From an uncultured virus (IMG/VR IMGVR_UViG_3300023184_000091) (lineage: Duplodnaviria > Heunggongvirae > Uroviricota > Caudoviricetes), in IMG/VR virus record IMGVR_UViG_3300023184_000091: a stretch of 64,000 nt of DNA; one strand, written 5' to 3'. A program made the translations under genes and the position numbers. The notes under the pieces were generated by a model. It saw only the letters and a program-made list of their open reading frames with translations, was not told where the DNA came from and did not search any database. This document shows positions 40,867 to 48,396 of this stretch, one piece after another. Positions within the stretch are counted from its first letter, which is position 1; every line of letters starts with the position of its first letter.

Positions 40867-40965
40867 TAGTCAGGACAGGGATCGAACCTGCATACTGTGG
40901 AGATTTAATTGACTCCTTCACGCTCCTTACAGGGGCGCCGCCTCAACCAATTGGGCTACCTGACT
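40867..40965 (-). tRNA. atypical tRNA-Tyr(GTA)-like gene with a ~29 nt variable arm
   Basis: AGTCAGG/CCTGACT acceptor; CGCCC-CTGTAAG-GAGCG anticodon arm; GGTTCGATCCC T-arm. Confidence 0.6.
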
Positions 40966-40971
40966 ATTTTT

Positions 40972-41124
40972 AAAACCCAGCATCACTCAGATGGGTATTT
41001 GTTACCTTGTCACAATCCGTGCCTGCAGTTCGGTTAGCTATTCCGTCCTTGCCCAACAGCTTTATGTTGGCTTATAATTGGCTATTTCAAAGTAACTCAC
41101 ATCCTTATTTGTGATGTGGGTTTT
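40972..41124 (-). ncRNA. candidate ~150 nt structured RNA
   Basis: Ends pair (AAAACCCACATCAC / GTGATGCTGGGTTTT); inner GTTACTTTG/CAAGGTAAC; CCAACA/TGTTGG hairpin; flanked by tRNAs. Confidence 0.55.
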
Positions 41125-41126
41125 TG

Positions 41127-41206
41127 TGATCCTAGCAGGATTTGAACCCGATGCTATCTGTTTTAGAGGCAGACCCGACTTCCACGCCGTTTTAAGCTCT
41201 AGGACC
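41127..41206 (-). tRNA. amber-suppressor-like tRNA (anticodon CUA)
   Basis: GGTCCTA/TAGGATC acceptor; TCTGC-CT CTA AA-ACAGA anticodon arm (anticodon at 41164-41166); GGTTCAAATCC T-arm; enlarged D region. Confidence 0.7.
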
Positions 41207-41260
41207 ATTCCATTTACTCTACAAATATAATCCATATTCACGGATTAAAAAAATGTAGAG

Positions 41261-41545
41261 CTATTTATTTTCTTCTTTTTTCACATTGATCCATTCTGGA
41301 CCTGTTTTTAGAAACTCTTCAAACCTCTCTGCTACAGTTGGACCTGATCCGATAGCTCCATAGGTACCTGGGCATAGTTTATTAAGGAGAAGGTGCATTT
41401 GACTGATTTCCTTCTCAATATCATATATTCTATCTCTTGAAGCGCTTGAAGAGATGGTATGATTGTTTCCTTGACTATCTATAACTGAGATAATATCTCC
41501 AATAACCTGAATATCCCCGTGGTTAGGTAATTTAACGTTCATCAT
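41261..41545 (-). CDS. hypothetical protein
   Basis: 94 aa ORF. Confidence 0.6.
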   Translation of the reverse strand: MMNVKLPNHGDIQVIGDIISVIDSQGNNHTISSSASRDRIYDIEKEISQMHLLLNKLCPGTYGAIGSGPTVAERFEEFLKTGPEWINVKKEENK

Positions 41546-42595
41546 TTAGAATACGAATGGTTCAAAATTTTTGTACTTGAAATTCTTGTGTATAGAGTTA
41601 TAGTCTGAAATCTTCAGTATAATTTCCTTAGATCCTCTTTTATCTGGTTTGACTGCGATCACGTCAGTGTCCATAACTCTTATTATGCGACCAAGGTAAT
41701 CACCCTCGGCTTCAAAGTATCTTCCTACTGAATCCTCGTCAAATTCTCTAGGGTAAATTCTAATCCCTTTGTGTAAAACTTCCTCTATAATCTCACCACC
41801 TTTTGTCTCCGTTAATTTGGTCACTGTGTATTTCCCTGTGATCTTTTTAACGTTAAAGACGTCCATGAACACCGAAGGTGGTTCATTGTGGATGTTTACC
41901 TCCTCGATAATTGATTTCACAACATCTATCGTTATGACCTCAAGGTTTGATATTGCGGATAGCAATTCTCCTTTATGTTTTTTATACTTAAGAAGATCGT
42001 CAACAATCTCTTCGATGATCTCAGGTGAAAGATCCTTAAAAGTTTTTTGGTATCTAATTCTGCTAGGCCTCTGTAATAGGTTCTCGTTGATGTAAGTGTT
42101 GTTTGTGGTAAGCATGAATAGCTTTCTTGACGAAGAAGTTAGCACGCCGTCCATCACTGTCAAAAGTTCCGAATCCTCACCAAACACTTTTTCATACTCG
42201 TCCATCATTACAATTACATCCTGTTCGATCTCGTTCAGATAATCTGGTATTCCTCCCCCATCTGGATTTTCGTTTACCAGAATCACCGGAAGATTTAGAC
42301 GATTGCATATCACCTTAGCTGTTACTGTCTTTCCTGTACCTTTAAGACCGTTTAGCAGAACCCCTAGATTTTTATTTGTCGAATTCCAAGTTTTGATCAC
42401 CCTCTCAATAAGAGAAGTTTCCAAGCCATACAGCTTGTGCCCAAATTCAAATTTTTCTTCAATCCTATCAAGATAGAATCCAAACATTGTTTTGTTCAGC
42501 ACATACACTCCAGCAGGAAGTTCCTTAATGTGCTTAGTCGTTTCCCCCAGGGTAAAGTTATTACCGTCTTGGTTCCAAATATTTTTACTCTCCAT
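41546..42595 (-). CDS. AAA+ ATPase
   Basis: GLKGTGKT, MMDEYEK, LTTN, RPSRIRY. Confidence 0.85.
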   Translation of the reverse strand: MESKNIWNQDGNNFTLGETTKHIKELPAGVYVLNKTMFGFYLDRIEEKFEFGHKLYGLETSLIERVIKTWNSTNKNLGVLLNGLKGTGKTVTAKVICNRLNLPVILVNENPDGGGIPDYLNEIEQDVIVMMDEYEKVFGEDSELLTVMDGVLTSSSRKLFMLTTNNTYINENLLQRPSRIRYQKTFKDLSPEIIEEIVDDLLKYKKHKGELLSAISNLEVITIDVVKSIIEEVNIHNEPPSVFMDVFNVKKITGKYTVTKLTETKGGEIIEEVLHKGIRIYPREFDEDSVGRYFEAEGDYLGRIIRVMDTDVIAVKPDKRGSKEIILKISDYNSIHKNFKYKNFEPFVF

Positions 42596-42677
42596 AGTTC
42601 TTTAATTTTAGCAAAGATAATATAGCACTACGGGATAAAAAAATAAAACGGTGAATTATTTTATGAATATATAGATT

Positions 42678-43388
42678 ATGAAGCACATTAAGGAATATGA
42701 GGAATTTGGTCCGGACGAATCAATCAACGAGAATATAATTGGTGACATATGGGAAAGGTTTAAAGCTTTAATAAAAAGACTATTTGTAGGTACGCCTGCA
42801 CCTGCGCCCAAAGCTAAAGTTCCAACAGTTCCACCTCAGATAGAAGGACAGCACATGCTATACCTTCCTCATCAGCAGGGACCTTCCGGAGCAGCTAAGA
42901 TTGTTAAGATAGCTAAGGGTAAAGAAAAATTAGATGCAGCTTTAAGATCTAAGCTTTTAAATAATATGCCATCATCAGATCCTAATTATAATAAGGTTAA
43001 AACTTCAATTGATAAGGATGCAGTTTTAGCTTTCCTTGATTATCAGAAAAACACATGGATGAATTACGAAAAGGATGCTTTGAGTAAAATAAAGGCACCA
43101 GAAAATCTAAATGTAAAGAAAGCAATAGAAAAAGTTACCAATAAACAGTTCCCTATCGATTTCCTTACCACTGTTGCTTACAAAGAATCAAGGTTTAATC
43201 CCAATCCTCCAACCAATAAATCTTATCGAGGTCTATTCCAGATAGGTGATCTAGCTTGGAAACAGTTAAAGACGATAAATCCTACAAGATATAAAGGTGC
43301 TAAACCTCCATTGAACACAACACTTAATGCTCAGGCAGGACACGATTATCTTAAATGGTCATATGATCAATTCGAGAAACTAGTATAA
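42678..43388 (+). CDS. lytic transglycosylase (SLT-like), paralog of 14069-14887
   Basis: VAYKESRFNP...YRGLFQI; MKHIKEYEEF. Confidence 0.8.
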   Translation: MKHIKEYEEFGPDESINENIIGDIWERFKALIKRLFVGTPAPAPKAKVPTVPPQIEGQHMLYLPHQQGPSGAAKIVKIAKGKEKLDAALRSKLLNNMPSSDPNYNKVKTSIDKDAVLAFLDYQKNTWMNYEKDALSKIKAPENLNVKKAIEKVTNKQFPIDFLTTVAYKESRFNPNPPTNKSYRGLFQIGDLAWKQLKTINPTRYKGAKPPLNTTLNAQAGHDYLKWSYDQFEKLV

Positions 43389-43440
43389 ACAAAAAAGAAG
43401 CTAACAATAGCTTCTTTTTTGTGATCGATTGGAGGTTAAA

Positions 43441-43626
43441 TTAAATACTAGAAAAGATCCAATATAAAAGAAGACCAATTCCAAAACCAACTAAGCTTAA
43501 AACTGCGTAATAAGCTATGGTTTCATTATTGGCAACTTGTCTTTTAGATCTCCCCTGATAAGAATCATAATCCCAATTGATGTCGTCATTTAATTCGACC
43601 ACTGGTTTTTTCTTTTGCTTTGCCAT
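43441..43626 (-). CDS. small membrane protein
   Basis: C-terminal TM helix. Confidence 0.6.
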   Translation of the reverse strand: MAKQKKKPVVELNDDINWDYDSYQGRSKRQVANNETIAYYAVLSLVGFGIGLLLYWIFSSI

Positions 43627-43679
43627 CGCATTCAGGTTTTTCTGTTATATTATTATTTGCTGGTATTTGTTTCAATGAT

Positions 43680-44360
43680 TTATATCATATTTCCTTCTTC
43701 GTCGAATTCATGTCCACCTGATGATAGATCATTAGCTATATTTTCGTCTGATTGAAGTTCATCGTGGTAATTTTCGAGATCTCTATATAATTTTTTGCTT
43801 TTTTCTCTAGCCCAATCTGTAATTATTGGATCTATTCTTTCACATACATCATTAACATCAATCTCTATAATCATACCTAGACCTAGATCGAGTTCGATCT
43901 CTTCTTCTCCGTCAACCTCAACGTTTGCCGAGATTGTGTTGTAGTGATAATGGGTTCTGTCGTTTCTTTGTATAGTGATGTAGATGTTTTCTGCAATTGA
44001 AGCTAAAGCGGTATCAAACTTTCTTGGTGTCCTATCACCTAGACCTACCGATGCTGGGGTTATTCCGATCTCTTTTAGAAATAGTTCATTGTCTTTCACT
44101 TTTCCAGTAAAAGAAGCACCGTCTCCTTGTGAATAGAATCCAGAAAACTGGCAATCAATATCGGCCATACCAATCGCTTCCATTTCTTCAGTGAATCCCT
44201 CTATGATAGGCTCCCACCAGTCGTATGATTCTGTACTATAGCCTCTGTTGTTATCGATGGCATGCTTCTTAGCCTCCGGAGATAGTTCATCAAATGTATA
44301 TGATTTCTCACCTTCTGATTCGGATAGATGGAAAAATTGGGAGTAGTTAAGGATCTTCAT
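43680..44360 (-). CDS. phage protein, late paralog of 21100-21714
   Basis: YTFDELSPEAKKHAI, FSGFYSQGDGASF, SDENI...HEFDEEGNMI. Confidence 0.75.
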   Translation of the reverse strand: MKILNYSQFFHLSESEGEKSYTFDELSPEAKKHAIDNNRGYSTESYDWWEPIIEGFTEEMEAIGMADIDCQFSGFYSQGDGASFTGKVKDNELFLKEIGITPASVGLGDRTPRKFDTALASIAENIYITIQRNDRTHYHYNTISANVEVDGEEEIELDLGLGMIIEIDVNDVCERIDPIITDWAREKSKKLYRDLENYHDELQSDENIANDLSSGGHEFDEEGNMI

Positions 44361-44387
44361 AATCCTATATATCGAATAAAAGCTCGT

Positions 44388-44705
44388 TTAAAAGCGTTTA
44401 GCGAGCTCGTTTATCTTTTCAATATCTTCATTAGATAAACGATAATAAGCTTCGCTAAGCTTAGCTAAACTGCCTAAAAACTCATCGTGCATGAATGTAT
44501 TGTCAGAAGATATACCAGAACCAATTATTGCGGAAGAACTTTGCGGAAAATGCTCTCTGATGCTCTTGATCAGCTCTTTCTTAAGCTCAGAATCATCTGC
44601 ACATTCCTCGACTACTAGGCCGATTAAATTAATTTTTTCTCTTCTACTGCATTCGCTTACGAAATCACTTGGATCTATGTCCACTTCTGTGCTAAAATCT
44701 GGCAT
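44388..44705 (-). CDS. hypothetical protein
   Basis: 105 aa ORF. Confidence 0.65.
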   Translation of the reverse strand: MPDFSTEVDIDPSDFVSECSRREKINLIGLVVEECADDSELKKELIKSIREHFPQSSSAIIGSGISSDNTFMHDEFLGSLAKLSEAYYRLSNEDIEKINELAKRF

Positions 44706-44728
44706 ATTTTTTTTTTATTAATGTTTTG

Positions 44729-44801
44729 TAGTGACGACGGGATTTGAACCCGTAACCTTGAACGTATAAGGTTCCTGCGCTAACCGTTGCGCCACGTCAC
44801 T
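44729..44801 (-). tRNA. tRNA-Ile(TAT)
   Basis: AGTGACG/CGTCACT acceptor, GAAC-CTTATAC-GTTC anticodon arm, GGTTCAAATCC T-arm; no encoded CCA. Confidence 0.85.
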
Positions 44802-44808
44802 ATTTTTG

Positions 44809-44882
44809 TGGTCCCTGAGGGACTTGAACCCCCGACCTCCGCATTATGAGTGCATTGCTCTGACCAACTGAGCTAAAGGACC
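44809..44882 (-). tRNA. tRNA with a CAT anticodon (probably Ile2/lysidine type, otherwise elongator Met)
   Basis: GGTCCTTTAGCTCAGTTGGTCAGAGCA...CTCATAA...GGTTCAAGTCC...AGGGACCA; no encoded CCA. Confidence 0.88.
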
Positions 44883-45066
44883 TTTTGTTATTAATTATAC
44901 TCAAATTTAAGAAACCGTTTCGGTTTTAAAAAATTTTTTTGGAAAAAAACCAAACTTTTTCCAATATATAGATGGAATAACTCGAATTCCGCAGATTTTT
45001 TTCCACTATGGAGTCAATTTGTGAAAATATTTTCCACTATGGACGATTCAAACAGTAAAACAACTA

Positions 45067-45273
45067 ATGAAATTAAAGAGACTAAAAACCATAGCGCTCA
45101 TCCTGGCAACGTTTTTCAATCCCTTGGGATTCGATGCACTATTTGCGATAATTACAAAGTGGACGGGATCGTATTTAATCACAGACATCTTATTCTATTT
45201 GGCGTCTGCTTCCTTCTTTGCACTATATTTCTTTCTTGGAAAAATTGAAAAGGAAAAAGGATTAGAAAAATAA
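45067..45273 (+). CDS. small membrane protein
   Basis: LATFFNPLGFDALF, two TM segments. Confidence 0.65.
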   Translation: MKLKRLKTIALILATFFNPLGFDALFAIITKWTGSYLITDILFYLASASFFALYFFLGKIEKEKGLEK

Positions 45274-45277
45274 GATC

Positions 45278-45463
45278 CTAATCTATATCTCCGCTTAGCA
45301 GAAAAAATAAGCAATCTTTCAAATACCCATCTTCGAGTTCATCGAAAACATCTCTAGGTGCCTTATTGGATACCAATTCAAATACTTTCTGTACAGCTGC
45401 TTCCCCGTAAGTTTCTGAAGCCTCCCTAACCGTATTTGCCTTTATTACTGTTGCCTTTATCAT
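45278..45463 (-). CDS. hypothetical protein
   Basis: 61 aa ORF. Confidence 0.5.
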   Translation of the reverse strand: MIKATVIKANTVREASETYGEAAVQKVFELVSNKAPRDVFDELEDGYLKDCLFFLLSGDID

Positions 45464-45502
45464 TTTTACCTAAAGCTTATTTGTTAGTGATATATAACTA
45501 CG

Positions 45503-46078
45503 ATGAAAAATCTTCAAACATTTGCCTTATTTGAGTCTTCTTCGTATAATTATACGATCGATGATGTCAAAAAGTTGCCGTTGTTTAATTTATTAGAAAA
45601 GCTTGGTTTTTATGATTCAACCTCATCTACAATATGGAGACATGGTAATATGAGAATCTATAATGATGTTCTCTATATGAATGATCCATCTGAGTGTATA
45701 ACTATCTACGGCAACGGTCCAGTTAGAAAGACAGTTAAGGGTATGTTTGGAAAGGGTGCACCTCATATACTAAAGAACTTCAATTCTAATATCTCTTCAT
45801 TAGCAGACTGGAATATCAGATTTGCTTATTTAGTTAACTGGTCTAGAAAAAGATATGCTAAACAGGGATTAGCTTTTGATCTATCTAAAATTCCTAATAT
45901 AGAAAGTTATCTGGAATCTATCTATAAAGAAGATATACCAATCTTTATGAGCATGTACAAAGATTTAGATTCAAAATCTAAAGAATTGTTTCTGAAAAAA
46001 ATAGGGAAGACAGAGGATGATCTAAATAAATTGGTTGCTCTTTATAATAAAGCCACTAACATTATGAAATGGACTTAA
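45503..46078 (+). CDS. putative virion internal protein
   Basis: Late promoter; MKNLQTFALFES. Confidence 0.7.
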   Translation: MKNLQTFALFESSSYNYTIDDVKKLPLFNLLEKLGFYDSTSSTIWRHGNMRIYNDVLYMNDPSECITIYGNGPVRKTVKGMFGKGAPHILKNFNSNISSLADWNIRFAYLVNWSRKRYAKQGLAFDLSKIPNIESYLESIYKEDIPIFMSMYKDLDSKSKELFLKKIGKTEDDLNKLVALYNKATNIMKWT

Positions 46079-46500
46079 TCCATTCTTCTTAAGTCTCTTT
46101 CTACGTCTCTCTCCTTAATAGATTCCCTTTTGTCGTAAAGCTTTTTACCCTTAGCTAAAGCTATTTCAACCTTTAACCTATTTCTTTCATCTACAAATAT
46201 CTTAACCGGTATTATTGTTAGACCTTTGTCTAGTGAAGAGCTTAGTTTTTTTAACTCTTTCTTTCTGAGCAGAAGTTTCTTATCTCTAAGAGCTTCATGC
46301 TGAAAGGCTCCAGGACCGGGTGTTATACCCAGTCCCTTTACCCAAAGTTCATCTTTATCAAAAATGCAATATGTGTCAACCATGGAAGCCTTACCGTCTT
46401 TGATCGCCTTTACCTCGGTGCCTAATAGGCATATCCCTGCAGTATAGGTGTCGATGAAAGTGTATTCGAATTTGGCCTTACGGTTAACTATTGATTGCAT
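46075..46500 (-). CDS. smpB: SsrA-binding protein SmpB
   Basis: NRKAKFEY, AGICLLGTEVKAIK, KLLLRKKE, LAKGKKLYDKRESIK. Confidence 0.95.
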   Translation of the reverse strand: MQSIVNRKAKFEYTFIDTYTAGICLLGTEVKAIKDGKASMVDTYCIFDKDELWVKGLGITPGPGAFQHEALRDKKLLLRKKELKKLSSSLDKGLTIIPVKIFVDERNRLKVEIALAKGKKLYDKRESIKERDVERDLRRMD

Positions 46501-46512
46501 TATTATTTTATT

Positions 46513-47364
46513 TTAATCCTCTGAAACTGCTCTTCCGATTTGTGATTCCCAATCTTTATCAGTTCGAACTTCTCTGTTCTTTTCGATTGAAGCATTTAGT
46601 ATTGTTGGGGAAATCCCCATTTCTTTAGCAACATATTGTAAAGCTGCAATATCCTTAGGGAAACAATGTCCTCCGTATCCTAGATCTCCATCAGGACCAG
46701 GAACACCCCAATGGGAATTACCTAGTCTTTCGTCATAACGAGCATATTCAATTACCTTATCATAATCAATATCAAGTTCATGACAGATCTGATACATCTC
46801 GTTAGCAAAAGAAACTTTAGTAGCTAGGAAAGTATTTGTAACATACTTAATCATCTCCGCAATGGTCGAACTTGTTTTAATTATGTGAACTTGTGGAAAA
46901 GCCTTAGAGAATATTTGTTTAACCTTTGTTGTACCAGGTCTTTCACCTCCGATGATGATTCTATTTTGATTTTTGTAATCATCGTTAGCATTAGCCTCTG
47001 TTAAAAATTCTGGATTGAATACTATATCAATGTTATCGAATTTTTTATCAAACATCTCTGTTGTTCCTGGTGGAATTGTCGATTTGATGATAACGATATA
47101 ACCTTTTTTGTTGTGTTCATTTACACAATCAGAGATCTCGTTTAGAGCTGAAGATATGATCGAAAGATCACACTCTCCTGTTTTTCTCATTGGTGTAGGC
47201 ACACATAAGAAAGTAACCTCTGTGTTTCTTACTACTCCAGATATACCTATAGCATTACTAAATTTGTTTGGATCTTTATCGAAAGCAAATACGTCGAAGT
47301 AATTTTTCATTCCTTCGTAAACAGCATTGCCAACAAATCCCTGCCCTATAATTCCAATATTCAT
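46513..47364 (-). CDS. ugd: UDP-glucose/GDP-mannose dehydrogenase family (no C-terminal domain)
   Basis: GIIGQGFVG, CVPTP, KSTIPPG, NPEFL, GYGGHCFPKD. Confidence 0.88.
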   Translation of the reverse strand: MNIGIIGQGFVGNAVYEGMKNYFDVFAFDKDPNKFSNAIGISGVVRNTEVTFLCVPTPMRKTGECDLSIISSALNEISDCVNEHNKKGYIVIIKSTIPPGTTEMFDKKFDNIDIVFNPEFLTEANANDDYKNQNRIIIGGERPGTTKVKQIFSKAFPQVHIIKTSSTIAEMIKYVTNTFLATKVSFANEMYQICHELDIDYDKVIEYARYDERLGNSHWGVPGPDGDLGYGGHCFPKDIAALQYVAKEMGISPTILNASIEKNREVRTDKDWESQIGRAVSED

Positions 47365-47370
47365 ACTAAT

Positions 47371-48054
47371 CTATTTTTTCTTCGGATCTTTTTTAACAAC
47401 AACCTCATCGATGATTCCATATTTAACTGCTGCATCAGCACCTAACCAAAAATCTCTCGTTGCGTCTTTCATTACCTGTTCGGGTTTCTTTCCGCAATAC
47501 CCTCCAAGAAGATCGAAAAGAATTTTATTGCACTCTTCCCATTCTTGCATATCAATCTTTGCATCCTGAATATTACCTCTGAATCCTCCGCTCGATTGGT
47601 GTAACATCACTTTGCTAAATCTAAGTGAGCTACGTTTTCCTTTAGTTCCTGCACCTAATAGTACAGATCCCATTGAAGCTGCCATCCCGGTATTAACTGT
47701 TCTGATATCTGCAGAGATGTATTCCATTACATCAACCATGGATAAACCAGACTTAACTGATCCACCAGGAGAATCGATGTGCATAGTGATATCCCTGTTA
47801 TCCACAGAGTCCAAATACATTAACTGTGCTTGAACCACTGTTGACATATTATCATTAACTTCACCAGCAACCCAAAGAATACGATCACGCATTAAACGTG
47901 AGAAGATATCCATTTGTGTTACCCTCATTTCCCTTTCCTCTAAAATATAAGGTGTCATTGATGCTTGGATTTGCTTATCGAAATAATCTAGTTTCAATGA
48001 AGAAATCCCATGTTCGCTTCTAGCGTACTTTTCAAATTCTGATTTTTGGTTCAT
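47371..48054 (-). CDS. clpP: ATP-dependent Clp protease proteolytic subunit
   Basis: MDIFSRLMRDRI, IDSPGGSV, GMAASMG, MLHQ, RDFWL. Confidence 0.95.
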   Translation of the reverse strand: MNQKSEFEKYARSEHGISSLKLDYFDKQIQASMTPYILEEREMRVTQMDIFSRLMRDRILWVAGEVNDNMSTVVQAQLMYLDSVDNRDITMHIDSPGGSVKSGLSMVDVMEYISADIRTVNTGMAASMGSVLLGAGTKGKRSSLRFSKVMLHQSSGGFRGNIQDAKIDMQEWEECNKILFDLLGGYCGKKPEQVMKDATRDFWLGADAAVKYGIIDEVVVKKDPKKK

Positions 48055-48063
48055 ATTCTATTT

Positions 48064-48396
48064 TTAATTGTTTTCTTTTTTTAACTCATCCCACACCACT
48101 TTTGTTTTATAAAAGCATGTGAGTTTAATTCCTTGCTCAACAAATTCCATCGCTTCAACTACAAGCCCTTCCCATTCTGATTCATAGTAACCCATATCAG
48201 CTCCGGGTTGATTCCCATGTTCGGCTGTGGTGTAAGGTCCTCCTGGAGGATCAAACATTATAAGCTTATTGTCATCGGTGACTGAAGTCCGATAAAAATC
48301 TGAGTATCCTGACATTATAAATTCAGTCAGAGATATTCTTTCAACTACTATCGTATCTGAATGCCGATTTACATAACTTGATCTCTTAATATCCAT
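48064..48396 (-). CDS. hypothetical protein
   Basis: NRHSD...FDPPGGPY. Confidence 0.65.
   Translation of the reverse strand: MDIKRSSYVNRHSDTIVVERISLTEFIMSGYSDFYRTSVTDDNKLIMFDPPGGPYTTAEHGNQPGADMGYYESEWEGLVVEAMEFVEQGIKLTCFYKTKVVWDELKKENN

Larger units (their letters stand above)
17521..44922. promoter_or_regulatory. third putative promoter class, CGAAAC-N17/18-TATAA(T/C)
   Basis: 17521-17550(-) before the HTH gene, ~26918-26947(+) before tyrosinase, 40360-40388(-) before pth2, 44894-44922(-) before the tRNA pair. Confidence 0.55.

Noticed and set aside
40400..41124. tmRNA partner for SmpB
   Set aside because: No GGGG..5' / ..TCCACCA tRNA-Ala-like ends or tag reading frame recognised.
41127..41206. 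Reading this tRNA as Arg(TCT) or as tRNA-Pyl
   Set aside because: The TCT register lacks U33 and breaks the stem symmetry; it lacks the short D-loop of tRNA-Pyl and no pyl genes are present.
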